DNA of 64,000 nucleotides from an uncultured Alphaproteobacteria bacterium (lineage in GTDB: Bacteria > Pseudomonadota > Alphaproteobacteria > Rs-D84): NCBI GenBank assembly GCA_944389465.1, contig CALXML010000004.1, positions 14,578-78,577 of the forward strand, written 5' to 3'. A program made the translations under genes and the position numbers. Each line of letters begins with the position of its first letter. Position 1 is the stretch's first letter. Positions 47,143 through 57,358 of this stretch are shown in pieces. The notes beneath the pieces were generated by a model. The model was not told the origin of the DNA. It ran no database searches and was given only the letters and a program-made list of their open reading frames with translations.

Positions 47143-48051
47143 ATGAAAATTTCTGTTATTATACCGGCGTATAACTGTGCGCAGTATATTCGCCAAGCGT
47201 TGGATTGTGTGCGGTTGCAAACTTTCCCCGCACGGGATATAGAGGTTATTGTATATCTGGATGGTTGTACGGACGCAACCGCCGACGAAGTCGCAATATA
47301 TGCTGAACAATATCCAAAATTTAATCTGCGGACGATTCGCGCAGAAACAAATCAGGGATTGTCTGTGGGGCGTAATACTGCGGTTGCAGCGGCGCGTGGT
47401 GAATATATACACTTTATGGATGCAGACGATATAATAAACACTGATTTTTACCAATGTTTGTATGACGCGGCAACGCGCACGGAATCTGATGTTGCGGTGG
47501 CGGGATTTATTCATGAACGCTGGACCGGCGATGGCATTGTATTTGACCGTGAAACAGTACTGTCATTGCCACAGGATAAAATAGACGCAACGGGCGTTGA
47601 TATGCATGGTTATTGTTGGCGGTATTTAATTCGGCGTGAATTTTGGAATTATAATCATTTTGCATTCCCAACCGATATGAAATATTGCGAAGATTTATTA
47701 ATAATGACCAAAATGATTTATTATGCAAATCGTATTGTATTGGTGCCAAATGCGATATACACATATAAACGTCGGCCAAATTCAATGCTGACCACACGTT
47801 CCACGCGTGGATTACAGTCGCATTTTTACCATCGTGCCAGATTGGATACGTATATCTTTATGTCCACACTGGAATTGCGTATGACGTGTAAAAAATACAG
47901 GGTGTGGTATTACAGACTGTTTGGTTGTTTGCCGTTGCTGACACTGCGGTATACAACGGACAATCACAATGTATGGTTATATTTGTTTGGTTTTATTCCG
48001 ATTATACGGGTACGTAAAAAAATCAAAGCCCAACGTCCACCATTGAAATAA
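47143..48051 (+). CDS. Family 2 glycosyltransferase
   Basis: ISVIIPAYN, DGCTD, NQGLS..RN, F.DADD, CED. Confidence 0.92.
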   Translation: MKISVIIPAYNCAQYIRQALDCVRLQTFPARDIEVIVYLDGCTDATADEVAIYAEQYPKFNLRTIRAETNQGLSVGRNTAVAAARGEYIHFMDADDIINTDFYQCLYDAATRTESDVAVAGFIHERWTGDGIVFDRETVLSLPQDKIDATGVDMHGYCWRYLIRREFWNYNHFAFPTDMKYCEDLLIMTKMIYYANRIVLVPNAIYTYKRRPNSMLTTRSTRGLQSHFYHRARLDTYIFMSTLELRMTCKKYRVWYYRLFGCLPLLTLRYTTDNHNVWLYLFGFIPIIRVRKKIKAQRPPLK

Positions 48052-48073
48052 AAAACGCGCATAATGCGCGTTT

Positions 48074-49192
48074 TTATTGTTCTGATTTATGCTTTAATCG
48101 CAATTGGCCACATGCACTGCCGATATCATTGCCACGTTCACGGCGTATGCGTGTATGTATACCATTTTTAATCAGTATATCTTGGAATCTGTGAACGGCG
48201 TTGCCCGATGGCGACACAAAATCACGTTCGTCAACCGCGTTCCATGGAATTAAATTCACCATACAGTTTTTACCCCGCAATAATTCAGATAATTTTTCAG
48301 CATATTCAGGCGTACAGTTTAATAATTCCACATTGCCGTTTTCACCGCGCACCGCCAACAATATGTATTCTATCATTAATTGACGATTATGCAGCGCGGA
48401 AAATTCAAATGCTGCGTCCAGCACATCTTTTATTTTATATTTGTTGTTTATAGGCATAATTTTGCTGCGTAATTCATCGGTTGGCGCGTGCAACGATATT
48501 GCCAGATTGATTGGCCGTCCCCATGCGGTTAATTCCCGTATCCCAGAAACAATTCCGCATGTGGATACTGTAATTTTACGCCATCCAATTCCCATATCTG
48601 AATTTGCGCGTTCAATAAATCCAATAACATTTTGTGTATTTTGTAATGGTTCGCCCGTACCCATAACAACAATATGGGATACGTCACCATTGTTTGCATC
48701 ACCGTTTGGGCGAATTGGCCGGTCTGAAAATCTGTCATTACGCAATTCCCATTGCGCAACCAGTATTTGTGAAAATATTTCATTTACGGTTAAATTGCGT
48801 TTTAATCCCAACAAAGTACTGGCACAGAATTTGCAACCCATGGCACATCCAGCCTGTGAACTGACGCAAACACTGTTACCATAACTGGTACGCATTAAAA
48901 CGCATTCTATTTGTTCACAATCCCCCAGTTCCAATAAAAATTTAGTTGTTTGCCCATCAGATGATTCCAGTTTTTTTACCACACGCACAGGCAAAGTTTG
49001 CGCATTTGCATCCAATTCACGACGCAACGCGTCCGGTAAATTTTTCATAGATGCAAAATCAGGCGCACCACGATTCAGCCAATCACGAATTTGCGTTGCA
49101 CGAAATTTAGGCTGGCCCAGTTTAGTTATAAATTCGGTCAATTCAGCATCTGTAAAATTAAACAATACCGGTTTCATATTTTTATAATTCAT
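48074..49192 (-). CDS. rlmN: 23S rRNA/tRNA m2A methyltransferase (start 49192 or 49177)
   Basis: CVSSQAGCAMGCKFC, MGTGEP, ISLHA, ACGQL. Confidence 0.95.
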   Translation of the reverse strand: MNYKNMKPVLFNFTDAELTEFITKLGQPKFRATQIRDWLNRGAPDFASMKNLPDALRRELDANAQTLPVRVVKKLESSDGQTTKFLLELGDCEQIECVLMRTSYGNSVCVSSQAGCAMGCKFCASTLLGLKRNLTVNEIFSQILVAQWELRNDRFSDRPIRPNGDANNGDVSHIVVMGTGEPLQNTQNVIGFIERANSDMGIGWRKITVSTCGIVSGIRELTAWGRPINLAISLHAPTDELRSKIMPINNKYKIKDVLDAAFEFSALHNRQLMIEYILLAVRGENGNVELLNCTPEYAEKLSELLRGKNCMVNLIPWNAVDERDFVSPSGNAVHRFQDILIKNGIHTRIRRERGNDIGSACGQLRLKHKSEQ

Positions 49193-50003
49193 ATCTGTCG
49201 TCATTAATAACAACCACCGCCTTGCGACGCAGTTGTTTTAATTGTTGGTCTGCAATGAACATAGATTGTTTAAACAACGCATTTTGTTCAATAACATCGT
49301 CCAGTTTACCGTACTCTTCTGTTTTTTTAGTATCGCATACCAATAATACACTGCGGTCAACCACTGGCGACCATGTCAGTTTTGGTAAATTTACAACACG
49401 GTTGCGAATATCTGTTGCCAATTCATATTGTACGGCGGTAAATTTTTGTGGTGCCCCACCCAAATCACGTGCCATTTGCATTGCGTCGTCACAACTGGTG
49501 GGCTTGGTCAATTTTGCCGCCACATCGGCCGGAATATCCACCAATCTGATAATGGTCATTTCAATTGGCAAACCCTGTGCACGTGCAATTTCATCTTTTT
49601 CATTTGCAATATCAGCGTCCGTTACATCAACTGTCGGCAGTATTGTTCGTGCAACAATAATTTGCCATGCAATTTCTGCACGCATGGCAGTGCGCGCCAT
49701 TTCACGTTCAGTTGCAGACAAATCACCCAAATTCATTTTTTTCAATTCGGCATCAACCGTTTCATCATCCGGATTGACGCCAAAATTTTGTGCATAAGCC
49801 AATTTTACACTGTCATCAATAATGTTTTGCAATGCAACGCGTCTGTTATCGGTTGATGTTTGTCCCTGTTTGTTCATCAGTGTTACACGTGCCGTTACAT
49901 CAGCATCCGTAACAGGTGTTCCATTAACAGTTGCCACAACAGACGCCGCAATTGCAGGTGCACTTAATATACATGACAAAATTACCGCAAATAATTTTTT
50001 CAT
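49182..50003 (-). CDS. SurA-like periplasmic chaperone
   Basis: Signal peptide, VATVNG.PVT..DV, L..LR.KA.V tail; follows lptD. Confidence 0.75.
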   Translation of the reverse strand: MKKLFAVILSCILSAPAIAASVVATVNGTPVTDADVTARVTLMNKQGQTSTDNRRVALQNIIDDSVKLAYAQNFGVNPDDETVDAELKKMNLGDLSATEREMARTAMRAEIAWQIIVARTILPTVDVTDADIANEKDEIARAQGLPIEMTIIRLVDIPADVAAKLTKPTSCDDAMQMARDLGGAPQKFTAVQYELATDIRNRVVNLPKLTWSPVVDRSVLLVCDTKKTEEYGKLDDVIEQNALFKQSMFIADQQLKQLRRKAVVVINDDRYEL

Positions 50004-50029
50004 ATAAATCCCCTCTTTCCTGTTATAAA

Positions 50030-52051
50030 TCAGTATCGTTGGCCATTAATACTCATCCCAAATTTAAATTGAAATGATGTTGTCCCGACATAGTCATTTT
50101 TAATCGCATTATCACGATGGTATTCCAATGATAAATAATAGCACGGATGGGTATAGAATACCCCCCCAGAATGACGTTGGAATCTGTTGTCCGTGACATT
50201 GTATACTGCATTAAAGCGCACTGACCACCGGTTAGTCAATTGGACACCAATCCCCGCCATAAATTCGTTTATACTGTCCTGTTCCGCATTATTCGCATAT
50301 GTATCAATAAATTTACGTGACCAAATATGTCCAACTTTTAAGAAATTTTCAGAAGTTCCAATAATGGCAGATGTTTCCATATGTTGCAGTGCCATATCTG
50401 CTTGGTCCAGTCTGAATCTGGTTGTAAAATCCAACCATTCCGCATTGTCATATTCAAGGCGTCCCACGTAATCGGATGCGCCATTATGAAATCCAGTGTT
50501 TGTATCTGTTTGAAAACGGGCTGTGAAATCATAAGTTTGACCGACAAAAACCTCAAACGTTTGGCCGGCCTGATTAAATGCAGAATAACTGACACCATAA
50601 TCAGCATATGTGCCATTTTCCCATAAATCAAAACCAGAAAACCGGTTGTCAGAAAACAGTGTTGTATCAGATAAAAATGCACCCGCAGAATCATTGTTTA
50701 TTGCAAATTGACTTTCGTCTGTTTCGCGCATAACAGTTAATCGTGCGCGTGGTTCAATAACCTGTATCCATTCGCTGGTGGTGCGGAATAAAGGCAATCC
50801 CCATTCAACATATCCACTGGGTAAAAATCTGTCCTTCAGGCCTGAAAAACTGGCCATGTCCACCAAATCCGTGTCGTTAAAATTGTACACATCGTAACGT
50901 GCAGATATACTGGCCGTTATTCTGTTGCCACCCCATAACGTCCACGGTGAAATGACGCGAACATCACCGATTAAACGTTGGGAAGATGTGCCATCCCCAG
51001 AAATTCCCAATACGTCCGCATCCAATGTAAAATAAGTTTCCTTAAATACAGGCTTGGTCTGATATGTTGCACGTATGTTTGGCAAAATATTGCCCGACGG
51101 TGTGGCATAATAACGGTTTCCACTTCTTAATTCTTGGAATATATGTGCATCGGCAACAACATAACCACTTTGCCCAAACAGTTCAATTGACGCGCCGGAA
51201 TCCAAGTAAGGCTGGTCATCATAAAATCCATATTTTTGCAGGAATGTTTTATCAGATGCGCGTTCCAAAAATACTGTTGCACGTGCATATTCACCCAACC
51301 CGATAACGTCATTATTGGATATGTACCATCTGTCTTCGCCCATACGATTATGGGTATATGCGCCATACGTGCGATATTGTGAATGGTCCAGATTTAACCG
51401 ATGTTCCAATTGGAACAAAGGATTTTCTTTTGTTAAAATAGATGTAGTAAACGTTAAATCGTGTGTGTCTGAAAAATTCACATACAAAGGTATGTTTATT
51501 TGCGTTCCCATATTGTTGGTGGAACCAAAATCAGGCATTAAAAAACCTGTTTTATATTTTACAGACGGGTCAGGCATTTCAAAGAAAGGCAACCAAAACA
51601 CCGGTATATCATATGTACGCAGCACTGGACTGAAAAAACGCAACATATGCGATTCCATATCGTGTACAATTCTGCGTGTGGAAATTCGCCATGCGTCCCC
51701 ATATGCATCACAATCATCGCATGCGGTAAAAGAGGCGTTATATGCGATGGTTTCGTCACCCTGATGAACAATGTTATCCGATTCAATGTAAACGTGGTCA
51801 CCCAACCATAATTTTATATCATTACCGGCCATATTTTTGCCGTTGTTTGACAGGTAAGAATCAGTCAGGGTCATGCGCTGGCCGGTTTGATTAACGATTT
51901 CAGTGTCCCCAGACGTTTTAATTGTTTCTGATTTTACATCGTATTCAATTTTATCAGCCGTAATAGTTTTTGGGGTTTCAACGTCAACAGATGCCGCATT
52001 GACAATTGCAGGATACAGGCAGAATATAAAAGATAAATAATATTTTCTCAT
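50030..52051 (-). CDS. lptD: LPS-assembly protein LptD
   Basis: SFTAC, PVFWLP, TGFLMP, LFSDNRFSGFD, HPC; beta-barrel character. Confidence 0.9.
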   Translation of the reverse strand: MRKYYLSFIFCLYPAIVNAASVDVETPKTITADKIEYDVKSETIKTSGDTEIVNQTGQRMTLTDSYLSNNGKNMAGNDIKLWLGDHVYIESDNIVHQGDETIAYNASFTACDDCDAYGDAWRISTRRIVHDMESHMLRFFSPVLRTYDIPVFWLPFFEMPDPSVKYKTGFLMPDFGSTNNMGTQINIPLYVNFSDTHDLTFTTSILTKENPLFQLEHRLNLDHSQYRTYGAYTHNRMGEDRWYISNNDVIGLGEYARATVFLERASDKTFLQKYGFYDDQPYLDSGASIELFGQSGYVVADAHIFQELRSGNRYYATPSGNILPNIRATYQTKPVFKETYFTLDADVLGISGDGTSSQRLIGDVRVISPWTLWGGNRITASISARYDVYNFNDTDLVDMASFSGLKDRFLPSGYVEWGLPLFRTTSEWIQVIEPRARLTVMRETDESQFAINNDSAGAFLSDTTLFSDNRFSGFDLWENGTYADYGVSYSAFNQAGQTFEVFVGQTYDFTARFQTDTNTGFHNGASDYVGRLEYDNAEWLDFTTRFRLDQADMALQHMETSAIIGTSENFLKVGHIWSRKFIDTYANNAEQDSINEFMAGIGVQLTNRWSVRFNAVYNVTDNRFQRHSGGVFYTHPCYYLSLEYHRDNAIKNDYVGTTSFQFKFGMSINGQRY

Positions 52052-53106
52052 TTTTTTAACAACGCATATAATATTCCGCCCAACACCAGTAAAATAGCAA
52101 ACGCCAACAGTAAAAATTCTGTTACACTGCCAATCATATTAGATGCTGACATATACAACGACATCACCACGGCCATTGCAGCCACGGCAACTGCGGGCGC
52201 AAAACTGGCGCGTCTGCGCAATAGTGATGAACGCAGCAAGATGGTTGCACATAACGCCGCCAATATCAAATTCATAATCGGGCCAAAGAAACGACTGCTT
52301 AATTCCGCCAAAACCATTTGATGTTGTTTTTCATTTGGCGAATCCAATACAGATTTTACCAACATTGATGTTGGAATACGACGAACACGGAAAGAATTTT
52401 CGCCATCTTTATCGGCAACATTTAAATCCATGTCAAAACTGTCAAAAGTACCGGTTGTTAATGTGTCGCCATTTGCCTGTAATGAACCATTTGTCATAAC
52501 AATGGACAGCCCACGTGGCGTTGATACCAGTTTGCCTTTTTCAGCAAAAATGGTAACCGGTGCATCCCCATCACGCATATCGGATAACATAACCTGACTT
52601 AAATCGTGGCCAGAAACCTTGTCCACGTATACGACCAAACCGTCTGTTATCTGTGTAAATGCAGATTCCTGTAATTTCATATGTGCCAAACCATAGCGCA
52701 AATTCCATTGTGTGGAATAAAATAACGCCTGTGATTGCGGTACAACCCATACGTTTAATATAAAATGTAATACCGTCAGAATTAACGCCAAAACCAATGC
52801 CGGTCGTGCCAATTGCTTTGGCGACAAACCAGACGCCGCCATAACAGTAATTTCATTATCTGAAATCAGTTTGTTGTAAACAAATATTATGGCAATAAAA
52901 GTAACAAACGGGATAATAATAGAAACAATAAATGGCACCATTAATAATGTTAAACCCAAAAAACTGGTTAATTCCACGCCATAATTTAACAAAAACTTCA
53001 TCATGGACATAATTTGCAACATCCATGCCAGTCCGGTCAGCACCAGCAACAGCATTATAAAAATCGCGACCAGTTGACGCGTGAAGTATCTGTTCAGTAT
53101 TTTCAT
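52048..53106 (-). CDS. LptF/LptG-family permease
   Basis: ILNRY..RQL, NE...M.ASGLSP..L..P; multiple TMs. Confidence 0.88.
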   Translation of the reverse strand: MKILNRYFTRQLVAIFIMLLLVLTGLAWMLQIMSMMKFLLNYGVELTSFLGLTLLMVPFIVSIIIPFVTFIAIIFVYNKLISDNEITVMAASGLSPKQLARPALVLALILTVLHFILNVWVVPQSQALFYSTQWNLRYGLAHMKLQESAFTQITDGLVVYVDKVSGHDLSQVMLSDMRDGDAPVTIFAEKGKLVSTPRGLSIVMTNGSLQANGDTLTTGTFDSFDMDLNVADKDGENSFRVRRIPTSMLVKSVLDSPNEKQHQMVLAELSSRFFGPIMNLILAALCATILLRSSLLRRRASFAPAVAVAAMAVVMSLYMSASNMIGSVTEFLLLAFAILLVLGGILYALLKK

Positions 53107-53250
53107 ATTTATTCAGTATAAAGCCCAAAAGCCATACCGTCAAATTATATTTGCATATATTCTTGGGTTATCAATATATTGAAATATTCAGAATTTACTT
53201 GCATTTATGCGATTCGGATAAAATAATAAGAATGTTCTTAAAAGTTTTTT

Positions 53251-53280
53251 TAAGGGCGGGGTTGAAAGACCCCGCCCTTA
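53251..53280 (+). promoter_or_regulatory. GC-rich GAAA-tetraloop leader hairpin upstream of nusA
   Basis: TAAGGGCGGGGTT-GAAA-GACCCCGCCCTTA. Confidence 0.7.
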
Positions 53281-53326
53281 TGAATAAAAATAGACACAAA
53301 AACACAAATTGAAGGAGAAAAAACAA

Positions 53327-54865
53327 ATGTCTTTTGTTTCTATGCCCCGTCAAGATTTGCTGTTGGCCATTGATTCTTTGGCCCAAGAAAAGCAAATAGA
53401 CCGTGAAATAGTTATTGATTCATTAGAGGCCGCCATCGCAAAAATCGCAAAACATAAATATGGCGAAGAATTTAATATCACGGCTGAAATAGACAGAAAA
53501 AACGGTGCAATACATGTAAAACGTTTGTTTGAAGTTATTGAATCCCCTGAATCACGGGGCGATGAATACGATGCAAATACAATGTTAACTGTATCACAGG
53601 CTAAAAAATACGCCAAAAACCCACAGGTTGGTGACATTGTGGAAGATTCTTTGCCTGAACCAGAATTTGGCCGTATGGCATTTCAGACGGCACGTCAAAT
53701 TATGACTGCCCGTGTTCGTGATGCTGAAAAGGGCCGTCAATACGAAGAGTTCAAGGATAACATCGGTGATATTGTCAGTGGTATTGTAAAACGTATTGAA
53801 TTTGGCAATGTATTTGTTGATATAAATGGCAAAGCCGAAGGATATATCAAGGGCACAGAATTAATCCCCGGTGAACGTTTGGCGGTTGGCGACCGTGTGC
53901 GTGCATTAATTATGGATGTTGCGCGTTCAAATACTGGGCCACAAATATTTTTAACCCGTACACATCCTATGTTTATGGAAAAATTATTTGTACAGGAAGT
54001 TCCAGAAATATACGAAGGCATCATTAAAATCAAGTCTGTTGCCCGTGCCCCCGGCAGTCACGCAAAAATTGCCGTTGAAACCCAAGACCCATCAATTGAT
54101 GCCGTTGGTATGACCGTTGGTATCAAGGGAACACGTATTCAACCGGTTATTAATGAATGCCATGGTGAAAAGATTGACGTTATTTTGTATTCTGATGACC
54201 CAGCGGTGTTTATTGTTAATGCAATGCAGCCGGCCAAAGTTGCAAAAATCATTGTTGACGAAGACACACGCAGTGCGGCCGTTGTTGTAAACGAAGACCA
54301 ACAGTCATTGGCAATTGGCCGTCGTGGTCAAAACGTCCGTTTGGCATCCCAGTTAACAGGCTGGAACATTGATGTTATGAATGAACAAACCGAACAAGAA
54401 CGTCGTGCCAAGGAAGTAAAAGAAAAAACAGAATTGTTTATGTCTGCATTGGACGTTGATGAAATGTTGGCACACCTGTTGGTTACAGAAGGTTTCCGTT
54501 CCATAGAAGAAATTGCATTCGTTGACATCAGTGAACTAGAGGGCATTGATGGCTTTAACGCAGAATTGGCAACAGAATTGCAAAATCGTGCAAAGTCATA
54601 TTTGCAAAAGCAAGAAGAACAATACAAGGACGACGGTCATAAATTGGGTATGACTGATGATTTGTTGAACTTTGATTTCATTAAACGTCCAATTATTATG
54701 CAGTTGGGTAATGCGGGGATAAAATCTTTGTCTGATTTGGCGGATTTATCAACCGATGAATTAATTGAAATCTTGGGCGAAGATACCATGAGTCCGCGCT
54801 TGGCCGGTCGTGTAATTATGAAGGCACGTGAAATGGTCTATGGCATTACACAGGGTGAAGAATAA
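53327..54865 (+). CDS. nusA: Transcription termination factor NusA
   Basis: FGR...QTARQ, S1, KH (G.KGTR, SLAIGRRGQNVRLAS), acidic C-terminal repeats; ATG 53327 after AAGGAG. Confidence 0.97.
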   Translation: MSFVSMPRQDLLLAIDSLAQEKQIDREIVIDSLEAAIAKIAKHKYGEEFNITAEIDRKNGAIHVKRLFEVIESPESRGDEYDANTMLTVSQAKKYAKNPQVGDIVEDSLPEPEFGRMAFQTARQIMTARVRDAEKGRQYEEFKDNIGDIVSGIVKRIEFGNVFVDINGKAEGYIKGTELIPGERLAVGDRVRALIMDVARSNTGPQIFLTRTHPMFMEKLFVQEVPEIYEGIIKIKSVARAPGSHAKIAVETQDPSIDAVGMTVGIKGTRIQPVINECHGEKIDVILYSDDPAVFIVNAMQPAKVAKIIVDEDTRSAAVVVNEDQQSLAIGRRGQNVRLASQLTGWNIDVMNEQTEQERRAKEVKEKTELFMSALDVDEMLAHLLVTEGFRSIEEIAFVDISELEGIDGFNAELATELQNRAKSYLQKQEEQYKDDGHKLGMTDDLLNFDFIKRPIIMQLGNAGIKSLSDLADLSTDELIEILGEDTMSPRLAGRVIMKAREMVYGITQGEE

Positions 54866-54882
54866 TAAACGGAGTATTATTT

Positions 54883-57306
54883 ATGGCGACATTAACACTT
54901 GGAAAATCTGTAACTATTGACGCGGTTCAAAGTAAAAAGGGCGATGCGGTGTTTGTTGAACGCCGCCGCCGTGTTGTTGCCCCCGGCAGCAAAGAATTAC
55001 GCGAAGAACCGTCCCAGCCTGCCACGTCACACAATGCGGCTGATGATAAATTGCGCGCTGTATTAGAGGCCGCCCGTGCCCGCGAAGAGGAACGTAAAAA
55101 ACGTGCCGCCGCCGAGGCCGCCCAACGTGCCGCGCGCGAGGCTGAAATAGCCCGTGAAACACGTGAATACGAACAGGTCAAAGAACAATTGGCTGCGCGT
55201 GAAAATGTCGCCACAGACACGCCAGATACGCCAGTTGAAAAACCAAGCGTGAATGCCGCCCAATCTGTGCAATCTGGCCAGCCCAGAAAACAATTTAATC
55301 ATGCGCAATCACAATCGCGTTCTAAATCAGCCCACGATGACGAAGATGCTGATATGGGACGTCAATCTAAATTTGGTAATCCCAAGAAAGATTTTAAAAA
55401 GACAGGAAAAATTTCCTTGCACGATATTGTGATTGGTGGTGATGATGACGATGATGAAATTGCGTTACGTGGCGCAAACCGTCGCCGGTCCGAAGCGTCA
55501 TTAAAACGTTTCCGTGAAAAGGCGCGTGCTGTATTTTCTGCCCCGCAAAAGGTGGAACATGTCGTCACATTGGGCGATACAATCACGGTCAAAGATTTGG
55601 CCGCCGCCATGGCAGAAAAAGTTGGCAACGTTATCAAAAAATTAATGGAAATGGGAATGATGGTTTCCCAGAATCAGTCTATTGATGCAGATACTGCTGA
55701 ATTGATTGCATCAGAATTTGGGGCCAAGGTAAAGCGTGTTGAATTAAAACCATATGCAGACCAATTGGAACGCGAACCAAATCCAGAAAATATGCAACCA
55801 CGTCCACCTGTTGTGACTGTTGTGGGACACGTTGACCATGGAAAAACATCATTGTTGGACGCATTTCGTCATGCAAATGTTGCTGCACGCGAAGCGGGCG
55901 GTATTACGCAACATATTTCTGCGTACGAAGTAAAAACAAAATCCGGTTCAATGATAACATTTTTGGACACCCCCGGTCACGAAACCTTTACAGCAATGCG
56001 TGCACGTGGTGCGCAAATTGCTGATATTGTTGTGTTGGTTGTGGCGGCAAACGATTCCATAATGCCCCAAACCATAGAGGCCATAAACCATATTCGTGCC
56101 GCCAAAGTTCCATTTATCGTTGCAATTAATAAAATTGATTTGCCAGATGCCGACCCAACACGCGTAAAAACAGACCTGTTACAGCAAGAGGTCCAAGTAG
56201 AAGATATGGGCGGCGATATTCAATGTGTGGAAATTTCCGCGACAAAACATATTGGTCTGGAAAAATTGGAAGAGGCCATCTTGTTACAGGCTGAAATAAT
56301 GGATTTGCGTGCCGACTTTGATATGCCCGCTGTTGCATATGTGGTAGAGGCGAAGATGGAACGTGGCCTTGGGGCGACGGCGACCATTTTAATGCGTCAG
56401 GGTACGTTAAAGATAGGCGATGTATTCGTTGTTGGTGAAACATATGGACGTGTACGCGGATTGATTAATTCCGCCGGCGAACGTGTAAAATCTGTCAAGG
56501 CCGGTCAACCTGTTGTTGTGCTGGGATTAAACAGTGTCCCCAGTGCCGGTGACGAATTGCACGTTATGGAAACCGAGGCTCAAACCCGTGAAGTTGCCGC
56601 ATACCGCGCACAACAGGCACGTGACAGGGCAAATGCTGTTAAACGCACATCTTTACAGGAATTATTCGCCAAGCGCGATGAAAATAAAAAATTGGTGTTA
56701 CCGATTGTTCTGCGTGCTGACGTTCAGGGCAGTGTAGAGGCCATCACCGATATGTTAAAAGATATTCAAACGGACAAGGCTTCTGTTGAAATTCTGTCAT
56801 CTGGTGTTGGACAAATTACCGAAGGTGACATTCGTTTGGCATCTGCATCGGGTGCGGTTGTGATTGCGTTTAATGTTCGTGCGGATGCAGCGGTGCGTGA
56901 TATGGCGCGTAACAATGGTGTGGACATTCGTTATCACAGTGTTGTTTATCGTATAACGGATGAAATCAAAGAAATTTTGGCCGGAAAATTGGCCCCAGAA
57001 CGCAGGGAAAACTTTATCGGATATGCCGATGTGATTGCATTGTTCACCGTTGGCAAGGGCGTCCGCGTTGCTGGTTGTCGTATCAGCGAAGGTGTCATAA
57101 AGAAAGATGCCTTTGTTCGCCTGTTGCGTAACAATGTTGTTATATACGACGGCAAAATTGGCGAATTACGCCGTGAAAAGAACGAAGTGCGCGAAGTTTC
57201 CGGTGCGGGCGTTGAATTTGGTATGTCTTTTGATAAATATAATGATTTAAAAGAGGGCGACCGTGTTGAATGTTACGAGATAGAAGAGGTTCGCGCAAAA
57301 TTATAA
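54883..57306 (+). CDS. infB: Translation initiation factor IF-2
   Basis: GHVDHGKTSLLD, GGITQHI, DTPGH, NKID, DVQGS. Confidence 0.98.
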   Translation: MATLTLGKSVTIDAVQSKKGDAVFVERRRRVVAPGSKELREEPSQPATSHNAADDKLRAVLEAARAREEERKKRAAAEAAQRAAREAEIARETREYEQVKEQLAARENVATDTPDTPVEKPSVNAAQSVQSGQPRKQFNHAQSQSRSKSAHDDEDADMGRQSKFGNPKKDFKKTGKISLHDIVIGGDDDDDEIALRGANRRRSEASLKRFREKARAVFSAPQKVEHVVTLGDTITVKDLAAAMAEKVGNVIKKLMEMGMMVSQNQSIDADTAELIASEFGAKVKRVELKPYADQLEREPNPENMQPRPPVVTVVGHVDHGKTSLLDAFRHANVAAREAGGITQHISAYEVKTKSGSMITFLDTPGHETFTAMRARGAQIADIVVLVVAANDSIMPQTIEAINHIRAAKVPFIVAINKIDLPDADPTRVKTDLLQQEVQVEDMGGDIQCVEISATKHIGLEKLEEAILLQAEIMDLRADFDMPAVAYVVEAKMERGLGATATILMRQGTLKIGDVFVVGETYGRVRGLINSAGERVKSVKAGQPVVVLGLNSVPSAGDELHVMETEAQTREVAAYRAQQARDRANAVKRTSLQELFAKRDENKKLVLPIVLRADVQGSVEAITDMLKDIQTDKASVEILSSGVGQITEGDIRLASASGAVVIAFNVRADAAVRDMARNNGVDIRYHSVVYRITDEIKEILAGKLAPERRENFIGYADVIALFTVGKGVRVAGCRISEGVIKKDAFVRLLRNNVVIYDGKIGELRREKNEVREVSGAGVEFGMSFDKYNDLKEGDRVECYEIEEVRAKL

Positions 57307-57358
57307 TCTTAATCAGTATGGTTATATAAAAACACCGCCCGTTTGGACGGTGTTGTTT

